DNA of 63,996 nucleotides, the filler included, from Intoshia linei (lineage: Eukaryota; Animalia; Orthonectida), in assembly GCA_001642005.1 (NCBI GenBank). It is 12 parts of 12 records of this genome, joined end to end, with 100 filler letters (N's around TTAATTAATTAA, not from the genome) between each part and the next. Parts side by side here need not be neighbours in the genome. Positions count along the whole stretch, not along the records: positions 28,421 to 32,444 come from LWCA01001997.1; positions 32,545 to 36,940 come from LWCA01001940.1; positions 37,041 to 41,689 come from LWCA01001894.1; 9 more parts are not named here. One strand, written 5' to 3'. A program made the position numbers and the translations under genes. Positions 28,421-41,160 of this stretch are shown one piece after another; position 1 is the stretch's first letter; every line of letters starts with the position of its first letter. Below the pieces are notes generated by a model. That model had not been told where the DNA came from. It ran no database searches and saw only the letters and a program-made list of their open reading frames with translations.

Positions 28421-28773
28421 GTGTGTTAACAGGATACAACTGTACAACCTGTAAATTTTTTGAAATTCTAGGGCCTTTTTCATTAAAAAAAGAACAGTAA
28501 TTTGAGGTTTTGACCCTGAAGATATAATTTTAAATCCGTATTAGCGTATATATTTTTTTAAATTGACCAACTCGTTGATTTTCAAAAAAAGGACAATTGG
28601 GGTTTTTGACCCGTAAGATGTAAGTTTGGGAGGTGAAATTATGTTTACGAACACCTCCGGAAAAAACTGTAATTGAAATGTGGACTTTATAAAATTTTAA
28701 GACGGATAGTTATTTAGATAAAGTTGAACACACACACAAACAAAAATCGCGTGGCATATTATATAAGTTAGGA
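28421..28773 (-). mobile_element. Helitron-like family copy, 5' part
   Basis: Ends ACACACACAAACAAAAATCGCGTGGCATATTATATAAGTTAGGA, reverse complement of the 6905 terminus. Confidence 0.65.
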
Positions 28774-29001
28774 TTTTACAGTTTTTTATTAAAATTATAT
28801 CGGTTTGGCTATAAATGCATGTGACTCGACATACACTCTATTAATAGACATTTAAATGTTGTATGCATGTCAACTGGTAAAAACTGATCAATGTGATCTT
28901 TTTTAAAAAGTACACTACAAGAGTGCATTATAAATTTTAAGATAAAAAGCACCTGCTGGACACTATAACAAATCTGACATTTCACGATAAAAAAATATTA
29001 C

Positions 29002-29500
29002 CTGTGTAAACAAAAAAATCCAAAGATTGTCGTATATTTTTATGTGTCAATAAAAATAATGGCAATGCAAGAAAATGCTAAATACTATATATTAACACTC
29101 TCACATTCATTAACTGCATATGCAGTTTGGAATGTGAACTTCAAATTGACGCTTTATTACTTAATAATTACTTAATAATCTTAAAAAACAACATGAATTT
29201 TATTATACATTTTTTCAGGTCACTGTCTAAATTGTGACACCATAAAAAATAAATTTGAAACAAAAAATGCCTGAGTGCGAGAGTGTTAAAATAACAAATA
29301 ATTACAGTATAAAACATCATTTCTCGAGGGTGTTTTCCATATGCTGATACGATTCTTTCTTGAATAACACCCATATAAGCCGACAACAATATTGTAATTG
29401 TAAGTAAAAATATTCCTATATAAATAATTAAAAGCAATGTTAATCCTTTACAATATGAAACGTAGCCAAGTACCATTATGCTACAAGTCCATGATGCTTC
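29002..29500 (-). pseudogene. SLC35B4: SLC35B4-like nucleotide-sugar transporter fragment (exons 29415-29306, 29077-29002)
   Basis: GIFLLTITILLSAYMGVIQERIVSAYGKHPREMMFYT|HFLALPLFL resembles SLC35B4 SARMGIFQE..GKH..E..FY.H.L.LP; flanking exons not recoverable. Confidence 0.6.
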
Positions 29501-30269
29501 AATTTACTCAAAGACTTAGAAATACATTAGACCAGTGTTTTCCAATCATTTTTGGTAAGCGATACATATTTCAATCTTAAAAAATTTAGCGACACACCAA
29601 TCAAAAAAATAAACGATTGATTCATAAATATAGTTAAACCAATTTTTTTCCAATAATAATCTGAATATGTTATGCAAAATTTTAAGTTTGGCGACACAGA
29701 AAAGTGTCACGATACACCGGTTGGAAAGCACTGCATTAAACGCTAATAAAGTGATGACATCGCACCGGCTGATCACTTTGTATATGTGACTACTTCTATT
29801 AAATTTGTATAAATTTACTGTAATGTACTACTGAGTACATAACGTTACTATTTATACTTCATTCTATATTTCCAGATGATTACCAAGGACGATAATAAAG
29901 TTGAATAAACACATGTGCAAGACTTATAAAATTCTTCATGTATTAAAATAAAATCTTATCTCAAATCTACACTTGTTAAACATTCGAACATTACATTTAC
30001 TTTTTCAACTAAGTGTTCTAAAATCTGAATAAATAAAACATAAATTACCAATCATCCAACTGACATCCCTTGTATGCGTACTTTCTTGGTTAATCTAGTT
30101 ATGTTTTAATATAATTATCTAACTGAATTACAAAGTTTCTCATGAATATAAATTTTTTTTGTAAATCTGGATTTTTTTGAAAAATCATATTACTTAACCC
30201 AAGGTTCAAATTGCATACTAATTACAATTTTATAATTTAAGTTGTATTGCATGAATAAATTAAGTAATC

Positions 30270-30900
30270 TATCTAGATTGATAACTGAAATTAACATTTT
30301 GGAAAGATATAAATATTTAATTGATGATGCATGGTCGGTTAATGAACGAATTGATTTTACTTCTGAGGAATTAATTTCTTTATGGAAGAAATTACATTAA
30401 ATTATTAAATGCGAAAATTAAATTTGTTAATCAATAGACAAAAAAATAAAAGAAATGATAAAACGGAAGACTTTTTAAACTTTTCAACATTGTTCATACT
30501 AAAAAGATTTTGTCTCTTGAAAATGAAGAATTATACAATCTTTAATTAACAAGAAATTGCCTTGCATGATTCGTTAATTGTCGTAATATAAAACATGAAA
30601 ATATAGAAACACTTGAAAATAACGAAATAATTTATGATGAACCAGCAGAAGTTATATACAATGAAATTGTGGGCATTGATGAATATGATAGTTCTGATGA
30701 TTCAATAGAAGATTATTCAAATATTTCTCAGTCAGAGATTGTTGAAATATCTGAAAAATTAGAGTATTCGGTTTACTGTACAGTTTCGATTGTTAATGAA
30801 GTTATGAAGAAAATTGGTTATAAAAAATTTGCTAGATCGTCAATTAAAAAACAAGGATGTAATTTAAATGAATATTAGGAAAAAATAAAAAAAATAATTT
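30270..30900 (+). mobile_element. Decayed transposase N-terminal region (hATm-like), homologous to 52884-53212
   Basis: TEINILERY...SVNERIDFTSEELISLWKK matches TEINTLERY...SVNDRIDLISDELILLWKK at 52.9 kb; stops and frameshifts. Confidence 0.5.
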
Positions 30901-31639
30901 CTAACTATGAAGGTGATTTGTCTCCATTTTGACACTAAATCATATAAACAGAAACATTATTATCGATTTGTCTAAGTGGAGATAATTTACAAGTGGTTTA
31001 TAACATTTGTTAACGACTTGACTGATTTAAAGATTCCTACTGCAGTTGAAGTTGTGAAAAAAACCGATTATGGAGATTGTTGCTATTTTTCCTTTGGGAA
31101 TGGTAAAAAAGTGTTTGTTCTCTTTTTTATCGAAGAAACGAACAAGGTTTTGTTAAATATTTAAACAACAACGGTACTGGTTTTTAATTGAAAGCACATA
31201 TATTGGAGTTTAGAAGCTTCAATCAGTCCAAAATCACGTTAAAAGTTGTGAATATTGAAATAACAATATGAACAATTAACATAATGGTCTTTTTCACTGA
31301 CACAGAATAAACAAATAAGAAAATTGTTCATCTAATGTTGGCTACCGATTTATTCGAATTTTATATCAAACAAATCGATAAGAATAAAATACAAACTGGG
31401 TTTATCAAAGATATTATCATGGTTACAATTTTGGACCTGGAAGCTATGACAACCCATCCTCAGCATGAGTTTTCAGCTAATGAATTCAATGATGAGTTGG
31501 TGAGTCTATGCCACAATAGCAATACCTTGGTAAGTAAATATAGAGTTTTATTTCCTAAAGCATGCATGATCAATTTTAGTGTTAAACAAAAAATCATTAA
31601 ACTGACCCCCACTTGATAAAGACAAGATAGAATGATAAA

Positions 31640-32437
31640 AAGATGTAGACGAAACCGGTCTTTACATAAAAGGAACCGGCAATAAAAGTTATGTGATTGA
31701 TAAATTAAAGGATAAAAAAGATGGGAAATCGATTAAAACCAGAATAACTGTCATGCTTTGTGTCTCCTATTATGGAGAATTCAGAATTCCACTTGTTATA
31801 GGAAAAAGCAAAAATCCTAGATGCTTTAAAAAAGATAAACTTAAAAAATTCAAGGTTATGTATAGATCAAATAGCAGTTCCTGGCTTACAAAACAGATAT
31901 TTTTTGAATATATGGATATTTTGAATAATGAATTTAAAAGAGAAAACACAAAAGTTATTGTGGTCTTAGACAATTTCAGTGGTCATAAGATAGAAGATTT
32001 TTCCAATATAGCGTTTATTTTTCTTCCGCCTAACACCACATCGGTTATACAACCTCTTAATATGGTAATTATTCTATCGTTTAAACAAAAGTACAAGCGT
32101 TACTTAAATAATTTTATGTCTTACTGTATTAAATAAAGACATGAATTTAAATAATTGCATCAAACTTGTGGACTTCAAAAAGATTCTAAGATGGATTGAA
32201 AAATCAATTGAGGGTATGGATTCAGTAATTTCAATAAATTGTTGGAAAAAAGCCAATCTTTTTGACGATCAAGTATCAGATGAGTCAATGCAAAATGTTG
32301 AATTCCCTCCATACTTTGAAAATGAAACGTCTAATGATATTGAAGACGCCGAAATCAATGTTATTATTGCAGATTTCGAAGATTGTGTTGGTTATAATGT
32401 AAATCAAGAAAAATCAATAATGAAAAAAGATGTGTAA
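31640..32437 (+). mobile_element. pogo/Tigger DDE transposase pseudogene
   Basis: DETGL, RITVMLC, PLVIGKSKNPRCFK, VVLDNFSGH, FLPPNTTSVIQPLN (third Asp to Asn); broken frame at 32136. Confidence 0.88.
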
Positions 32438-32574
32438 TTTTTATNNNNNNNNNNNNNNNNNNNNNNNNNNNNNNNNNNNNNNNNNNNNTTAATTAATTAA
32501 NNNNNNNNNNNNNNNNNNNNNNNNNNNNNNNNNNNNNNNNNNNNGAAAATAAAAGAATAAAGTTTTTCAAAATT

Positions 32575-32657
32575 ATGCTGTGTATATCAGAATACACAAA
32601 CGTCTCAAGTGAAATTGCTGTGTATAGTATAGAATACACAGACAGTGAAAGGGTTAA
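32575..32657. mobile_element. piggyBac-type non-autonomous element end (related end at ~57590-57658)
   Basis: Subterminal repeats then ACAGTGAAAGGG|TTAA in both places. Confidence 0.55.
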
Positions 32658-33671
32658 ATGTATGTTTTCAATATTCTTACATTTTAGTTAATTTACAGTT
32701 AGTTAAAAATATATGTAACGATTGGCAGATAAAAAGTTCATCTTAAATAAAAAGATGTCCAAATCTCGATTCGAACCTAGCCACGCAGAATACAATTATA
32801 TGACTATAACCACTAGGGGTGTGATTTTTTATACTTTTTTTCGAAATTTCATGGTTCAAATACTAATAAAGTTGCGTGTGATAGTTTCATGATAATCGTG
32901 AAAAGAAGAAAAATTTTTAGTGAAAGAGCTTGTCATTTTAAAAATTTCATACAAAAATGTTCTACCAAAACTAAAATATAACTTTAGTTACTGGAATGTT
33001 ACGATGAGATCCTGTAGTTATGTTTTGAATGGTGTTGTGTTGTTAGTCATGTTTGGTTATTCACTTTGCATCTTTAAATTCAATTTTAAAAATGAAGAAT
33101 TTGAATTTAAAAACACGCCTACATAATGTATGAGGCAAAATATAAGATTCAAATTGTGTATTGACTCGCACTAAACACTTTGCCTAATGATAAGGTACTC
33201 AATGAGTACTACACTCATGTACTTTGTCTAAAACTTACTTAGACTAAGTAAATCATTAATTTAAGATTAAATCACGATACTTTTAATTTTAAATTATATT
33301 TATACAACAATCGGAAACCCAAATTACTTTTTTTTTTAAAAATGAAAACAGACCTAGAATTTAAAAAAAATTCCATGATAGTTATATCCAGTTAACACAT
33401 ACAAAAAAATTCAATCTCACAAATTGACACCTTCAACGTCAAAAAAGCACTCTAATATTGATTTTTTTTATTTCGAAACTATTTTATTAAAACAAACCAT
33501 GTGGGATAATTCCAAAATCTTTTATAAAAAACACTAAAAATAAATTTCTATTTATCATGGTTGATTCAACTCGAACACATTTATTCTCATCTTTATGACA
33601 ACTCTTTTTCATTGAATTTTAGAAAGTACAATTTAAGATTGTACAAATATTTGATTTTATAAATCATTGAA

Positions 33672-34787
33672 ATGTTTACTGGCAATGATAAGATCATTGC
33701 TTCCAGCGAAGTGCCCGCAGAAGTAGAAGAATTTATGCAGAGACAATGGGTTGGGATGTCTTCAATTATTTATCCGATTTTCGCCCTTGTAGCTTATTTT
33801 GCAATATGTAATGTGGGAATTCTATATATGAAAGGTATCTATATATGAAAGATAATGCAATATAAATTTAAAAAATTATTGTAGATAGGAAAGAGTATGC
33901 TTTGAAAAAATTTCTACGAATTTACAATTGTGCACTAGTCATCGCATCAGCTTACATTTGTATACAGGTACAGACATTTTATTTATGTGAATATCTTATA
34001 GATTCTAACCAACTCTCCAAACACGGATAAAGGTTTCGTGTGCCGAAAAATTAATGTATCTAAAGAATATAATCGAGATTATAGGGTAGCTAAAGATTTC
34101 TGGTGAATTGTATTTGTTTAGTTGGCTTCCGCAATTTACTGGTATCATATTACTAAATATGTAGAATTTATAGATTCGGTAATTTTTTATTTAAATTTAA
34201 GCGGTAATTTACTTAACACTCTGTATTCATTTAATATTAATTAATTTTTCTAGTTTCTATTTATTTTGCGAAAAAAGTTTAATCAACTCAGTGTATTACA
34301 TCGATTTCATCATTCTTCAATGCCATTGCTCAGTTGGATCTCATTGTACTACATTCCAAGTGCATCGGGTACACTTTTATAGTTGTATTTATTTATACTG
34401 CATATATTTAGTTGTTCCCGGAATATTTTTAAATTCATTCATCCACTTTTTAATGTACTCTTATTACTTTTTCAGTTCATTTGGACCCAAGTATACAAAA
34501 TATCTTTGGTGGAAACGTTACTTGACTAGACTGCAAATTGTAATTAAAGAATGCATTTATAATGCATAATTTATTTTTAGGCTCAATTTTTCATTATTGT
34601 ATTTTTGTCTGTTCAAGGAATAATGAAACGCTGCTTTTCTACCGGTGGAGTCGTTTATGCCATAATTATGTCAACTTATAATATTGTTCTGATATGTTTA
34701 TTTTCAAATTTTTATGTCAAATCATACTTTAATCGTAATGACGCTAAACCCATTTTGAATAAAGAAAGTTTCAAAAAAATTAATTAA
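33672..34787 (+). CDS. ELOVL: Very-long-chain fatty-acid elongase (ELOVL family), 7 exons
   Basis: [24 protein letters not shown] His box, [39 protein letters not shown]-terminal KKIN dilysine signal; short GT-AG introns in phase. Confidence 0.92.
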
Positions 34788-34838
34788 TCAATTAATGATT
34801 GACGTACAAATTACAAATTTTTATTAAAAAGTAAACAT

Positions 34839-34972
34839 TTATAATAAAATTTTTATTGCATTTTTTAATATTGCTATTCCGTCTCCTGTTAATGCACTCA
34901 TTCCCAATACTTCAGATTTTCGGCCAATTTCTTGCAATTTAAAATCATTGTACAGTTGGCAGGCTTTCACAG
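34839..34972 (-). CDS. Terminal exon of a probable ARF/ARL-like small GTPase
   Basis: TAG acceptor then VKACQLYNDFKLQEIGRKSEVLGMSALTGDGIAILKNAIKILL*; SALTGDG is a G5-like motif; upstream exons not reliably traced. Confidence 0.4.
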
Positions 34973-35518
34973 CTATGATAAATTATTGTATGTTTAGATT
35001 TATAGCTCATTATGTTCACACTCAATATAGATTATTTTAACTGAATAAATTAACATTATATATATTTTTCAAATGTTTTCTAACAAAGATATTTAATAAT
35101 GCTCAATTTAATTATAGATATGTAATATTGTATAGATTGTGATAGAAACACTAATACTCACAATTTTAGATGACACTTTCAGCAGAACTGAATTTTATAT
35201 AGCGAGATTCTCTTTGGGAACTTGACAAAAATTTTGGAATATGATAACCTCATTTTGGAAAAATTTCCATTTTAAAGTAATACAGTCAGAATGTTTCATT
35301 ACCGCCACAATTTTAAAATGTTAAAAAAAAATTTGGAATGAGTTTAATCAAATATTTTAATATAAACTATTATTATTAAAATTATTAATCTAATTTTAAT
35401 TATAACTTACCATACCCTAATCAAATTTACAAAAATTAAATTAAAAAACGCATTGTTGGATGAATAAAATTTATTTTATCATTATTTTATTATATGAATG
35501 CTTATAAATACTTGGGTA

Positions 35519-35718
35519 CCGCATTTTTCGGAGTATAAGGCGCATCCTTTTACATGAAAAATGGGAATGCGCCTTATATGAGGATTTTACAAGGGAAAAT
35601 TTTTTTCTAACTATTTTCTGTATATTATATACTATAAAATTTCTCGTGCCTTATATGTGAATTTTGTGTTAAAAATTGTTTTTTATACAGGGTGCGCCTT
35701 ATACTCCAAAAAATACGG
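35519..35718. mobile_element. Tc2/pogo-type MITE
   Basis: TIRs CCGCATTTTTCGGAGTATAAGGCGCA / TGCGCCTTATACTCCAAAAAATACGG; TA on left. Confidence 0.8.
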
Positions 35719-36179
35719 TGACCATATCCATCATCTATTCGTTACAATTGTATACTCTCAATAACACCATAAATATCGAAAATCTAAAAAGACAATAATG
35801 ATAGGTCTGACTGTATATTGAAAACCAATTATTTTATGTTTCAAATGTACTCAATAAGATCAGATTCGTGGAGGGGTCGCTAGAGGTAATATATCATTAA
35901 GAATTATTTTCAAAGCATCTTTTAGGAGCCTTTTTTTGATTTTCGGAAGGTCCTCAAGGGTTATATATTCGATTATGTTCACAGATCTTACCCCTATCTA
36001 CGTCGTACATTGTTGTACTTTATTTACGGACTAGTATCTAGTAGAGTTTTGCAACACAATCAAAAGCATCGACTCTAAAATTTCATCAATAACAGACTTT
36101 AACGAAATTGGATCCGAAGAAACACAGTCAACATTACTTCCGACTGTAGTGCAGAACTCTGTATCTGCCCGGCATTTAG

Positions 36180-36940
36180 CCTTACTTAGATAAAATGCTT
36201 TGTTTGTCTGTATGTGTTCAACTTTATTTAAATAACTACTCGTTTTAGAATTTTATAAAGCCCACATTTTATTTACAGTTTTTTTAAGGGATGTTCGCAA
36301 ACTAAATTTATACTCCCAAACTCACATCTTACGAGTCAAAAACCCCAGTTGTCCCTCTTTTATAAAAATCAAACGAGTTGGAAAGTTTAAAAAAATATAT
36401 ACGTTGATACGGGTTTTCAAATCATAAACATTATCATAAATTTAAATTTAAAAAAATTATATCTTCAGGCCCAAAACCACAAATTCCCCTTCATTTTTTT
36501 TGAAAACAGCCCTAGAATTTCAAAAAATGTACAGTTGGTACAGTTGTATTCTGTTAACACACATAAAAAATTTCAATTCAAATAAGTGACGACTTTACGG
36601 TCAAAAAAACATTTTAGTATTCATATATTTTTTTCCGAAACATTTTATTAAAAAAAAATGTGAAATAATTAACAATCCGAAAATTAAAAAAAAAAATTAT
36701 TCTGATAGAGCTTATTCCAGTTGACATAAAGACAAAATTTCAATACCAGAAATCTAAGCATTCCCGGTAAAAAATAATTTTAAATATATTATCAACCAAT
36801 ATTTTTCAAATATTTCAAAAATGTTATGTTAAATAAATATTGAAAATGTACATATTGATCCTACAATTTCAAAAAAAAATGTGCACTGAACGTCTACACA
36901 TTTCCAATAAAAAAATATGGGTGAAAATCTATATAATTCA
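36180..36940 (+). mobile_element. Helitron-like family copy truncated by gap
   Basis: CCTTACTTAGATAAAATGC-TTTGTTTGTCTG start; colinear with 6905-7620. Confidence 0.7.
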
Positions 36941-37040
36941 NNNNNNNNNNNNNNNNNNNNNNNNNNNNNNNNNNNNNNNNNNNNTTAATTAATTAANNNN
37001 NNNNNNNNNNNNNNNNNNNNNNNNNNNNNNNNNNNNNNNN

Positions 37041-37746
37041 TGATGTTGTGCAATCGGTTATAACAATGTATGGTATCTCTTCAAGAATAAAAATCAGGTG
37101 TTATAAAAAAATGACAGATGTTATGCCTCATTTGATTTACCAACCATGTAGATTACATGTTCTTGATAGAATACTAAAAATTTATCTCTCATTTAAATTT
37201 CCGGTTAGCAGCATTGGACCCAATGTATCCTTTAGTTTTGTTAAAATTCTAAAAATTAATTTTTTGCAGTGGTTACCACATTATAAGGGAACAGGAATTG
37301 AAATTCAATATCCAAAGTGCAGTAGAAACGATTATTCAGTTATCTGGATTATGTGAGGCAGTAAATATTTGTTAAATACGGGGGTATATCCTACTATTTC
37401 AATCAGAAAATTGGGATCTTTGTCTAAAGCTCGCTGGAATAACAAAGCTAACTATCTGTTAAAATATTATCTACTTAGTTCAGACAAATCTGCAGCTATA
37501 ATTGATGCGTGCAAATTTGTTGTCGATTACATGGCGCCTGCTTGGTTCACTTGTAAAAGACAAACTGAATCAATTGAATTATTACGAGGAATGCTGGAAG
37601 GTAAAACATTGGAATGCTTTAATCTGAATTATATGTTGCGATCATATCCTATCAATGTGGATGTTACAAATGAAATTTGTGAGAGATCTCTTGTCAGAGA
37701 TGTCAAATTCCCGGTAATTTATTTATACCGTTATAAAAATTATTAA
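37041..37746 (+). mobile_element. Decayed hAT-related (hATm-like) transposase core
   Basis: CRLH (CxxH), RNDY, KARWNNKANYLLK, APAWF, VTNEICERS motifs in broken frames. Confidence 0.6.
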
Positions 37747-38517
37747 AATATGTAAATGTAATAAATTTTAAATTTTTTATTTCTTTAATTTGACGGTGAT
37801 GTATCTAAATAATACTAATATCTAACAATAAAACTTACTTTGTAATTGTATTGCATTAGATAAATATAAAAAATGCTTTAGTCGATATTTGATGATTAAA
37901 ATAAATAAAGTTTTAATGGAGTTAATTTCAGTTACCAGTGTCACAATGAAATAAAGTTGCAATTCACTAAACTTAAAAAACCCGTAACTAGTGCGACCAT
38001 AAGTACGACATTTGGCACTGTTCCAAAGTCGTACTTTCGACGTACTTTTCCAAATTAAATAAACTTATAAATTAAAATTTAAATTAAATGTTCATTTTTC
38101 TAATCAAAAATTAATCAAAAAAAAATTTTTGTTTCTAAGCAATAAAAGTACTACTTATAGTACGACAAAAATATGGTCAGCCTACCGTAACAGAAGTTCT
38201 GTTACAGAACTTGAACTTGTACAAATGTTTATTACCTTTTGAAATTCAATTAATATAATGAATTGATTAGATATACAATTTCAAAATATTATATTTTATT
38301 GCTTTATATTACTGGTTATTGACCTGTTAAATACTTAAATTATGTGATCTACATTTAAATATTTTTACAACCGTAAAATATGAAATAAATCATTATAAAC
38401 AGACCCAATAATATTATATTTTATAGACACAAAATGTATATAAATTTGGAATTTATTGACAATAACAAAATTAATGATACATAAATTGTAAATTGGATTC
38501 ATGATGGTTTCATGATA

Positions 38518-38684
38518 CAGTAAACTCTGTATATAAGAACACTCTCTGTAAGAACAGTTTTTAATATTTCCATAGTTTAGTTCAATTTCTGCACTAATGT
38601 ACTAACATTTTTCTTATTCACTAAAGTTTAGTCTAAACTAATGTTCGACTCTTTCCAGAAGTTCTTAATAGAGAGAGTTTGCTG
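38518..38684. mobile_element. pogo-type MITE
   Basis: TA|CAGTAAACTCTGTATATAAGAAC ... GTTCTTAATAGAGAGAGTTTGCTG|TA. Confidence 0.7.
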
Positions 38685-40889
38685 TATATGCATTTGTCAT
38701 TTTAGCTTTCAAAAATATTTTATTAATTAATGTTCAAATGTGATGTTAATTTAAGTTCCGTATAGGCGTAATTAATAAAATACTACATTTTTATTGATTT
38801 AAAAAAATTTTGGTTAATTTCTGATTATAAAATGATATTATAATTAATGGAATAATACAGTGCATAGCAAAAAAATAAAATGTATCAAAATAATCAATAT
38901 TTGAACTGAGAGGTACATTTTATGTGTATATGTAGGATAATATTACAAAGGTGAAATTTCCCATTTAATTGACAAATATATTTATTCACAAGCGATATTT
39001 TCCTTTAATGTGTATTGTTCGTAAAATCAAAGATTATATTATTATTAAAAGTGGTTACATTTAATCACATTACAATTATTGGTTACATTGAACAAAGGCA
39101 TGAATATTGAAAGAAGGTTATTATATGAATATTAATAATATTGAATTATGTGAATGGGAATTCTGCATACAATTAATTTTCTACAAAAATATAATCACAC
39201 GTTCAAAGCAATATACTTTAAATTTATATTTGTTTAAAATTGAAATACAAAACATTTATACGGATTGTAGTGCATCATGTTTTTCTTAAAGTAAACTAGA
39301 CCATTTACTGTAAATTAATATCTTTAATTAGATAATTATTTCCTATATACTGATACATTTTGGAAATTTTGGTAGTATATTTTTCAATTATGAAATTGGA
39401 TATACCGCCAATACAAGTCAACGATTATGACGTTCAAGACTCAGAATGTAACGTGCGCAAAGGAAAAGCTACTTTGATGAATAATGTATTCTTTTTTGGC
39501 ATTTTAAAATTTAAATTATCCAACTCATAATTACATTATCAATGATAATTATTATAATTTATCATACAACAATGAGTCTAATTGAACGTAAAATCTTGTC
39601 GTGATTATTGATATTTAATGATATTTTGAATAGTAGATTAAAAATGGTAAGTCTTGATAAACTCAAAATATATAACTTCAAATTTTCAATACATGCATAA
39701 TTTTCACGTATCCCTAGGCCCATTTTTACCTTAGAGGTAAGAATAATAATATCAGTTGAATTGGATCCCAAATTTAAACTGCTAAAAAAAGTTTAAGGAC
39801 GTATAGTTATTTTCATTTCTAGTTGCATATATTTACATTTTTATAGAGTTTGAACGTACAATGTAAGAAAATATCAAAGTCTGTAACTCAAATTGATGAT
39901 TTTTTACAAAAATCTGATACTTTCAATAGTCTACGAAAACCTCAAATTAAACTGAAAAAACTATTCCGTTCCATGATTAGCCTAGATTCAAACAAAGGAA
40001 AATTTGATAAAAAAGTTGACTATGAAGTAAATTAATATATAATACACCCATAACTGTAAATGCCCGTCAAAGCGCACACTTTCAATATGTTTACTTTTGA
40101 AAATATTTATAAAATTCAGTGAACCTTTCATAAAGTGAAACTTTTATAAACTACAACTGGTTAATAATAAAGGTAAATTGACTTTAGAAGGGTGCATCTG
40201 TGCACCTCGGTACTCGGGTTGAGAATAACTGGTATATCTTAAATACCAGAATGTTGATTTTACCCGTTTCACATTTTTATTCACGGTCGTTAATTTTTTG
40301 ATCATTTTTTATATTTAAATCTAAGCACAGAATCTTCGTTTTAAAAAATTGAGGCAGAAATTTAATATAAATCTGAAGTCACGTGTTTATTTAATTTCAT
40401 TAGACCCTGATAAGAAATTTGGCATTTTTTATTCGAGGTTTGATAAAAATTAATTAATTAACAAAAAATACTAAAATTTTAAAATTAACCGTATGAAATT
40501 GAATGTAACTTATTTAAATAAGCCTCACAGTTTGTCTGAACTAACATTTAGTTCAAAAAAATTACTCATCCAAAATTTCAACCCTTTCTGATTTGGCACA
40601 CTTTTAGGAGTATTTTAAAAAAAAATTAAAAAAATTCTTAGTACCGTTTTTAAGTAAAGGTCAAAAATGTATATTTTTCTCCAAAAATTTAAATAGATGG
40701 ATATTTCAATGTCTTAATATTTTTGAATTCAATTTTTTTTAATTTTGAAGGACTTCAAACATCTTGTAAAAGTTATTTGAAATGGCATATATGTATAATA
40801 TAATATATAATCTCAGTATCAGTGAATATTGAGCAAAAAATTTATTAACATTTCCAACTTAAAAAACTTATAATTAGTAGAAGAAAATT

Positions 40890-41160
40890 ATTAAATATGC
40901 TTGTTAGCATAGTCTTGTACTGATTTTAGGAGCTGCTGACCATATTTATCCACATTAACTTGAGAAACTGAGTATTTATTCCACGTTTTTTTGTTATTTG
41001 CATGTACTGCCTCTGATGCTTGTTCGGACCAATAGCCAAGACTTGAATTTTTTTGGTCACAGAAATCTGCTATGTGAAAAAATACAGCATGTAATTTTGG
41101 TGTGATTCTTATGTTTAAGTTCAGGTAGCTCTTTCGGAAATTTTCAATTTTTTAATCTAT
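40890..41160 (-). mobile_element. Transib/Chapaev-like transposase C-terminal remnant
   Basis: FRKSYLNLNIRITPKLHAVFFHIADFCDQKNSSLGYWSEQASEAVHA: H-x4-H plus SE..E motif. Confidence 0.55.

Noticed and set aside
30976-31616. Two short ORFs, one with VTILDLE reminiscent of CRAL-TRIO
   Set aside because: Single weak motif, no consistent splice path, embedded among TE debris
32755-32825. tRNA-like A box (TAGTGGTTA) and B box (GGTTCGAATC) on the minus strand
   Set aside because: No convincing acceptor or anticodon stems; at most a tRNA-derived relic
36121-36180. TTVGSNV segment as switch I of the ARL-like gene
   Set aside because: Frame closes shortly after, and no G1/G3/G4 exons could be linked to the terminal exon
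39390-40035. Possible multi-exon gene (MKLDIPP..., LNVQCKK...)
   Set aside because: Could not build a stop-free spliced frame or recognise a domain
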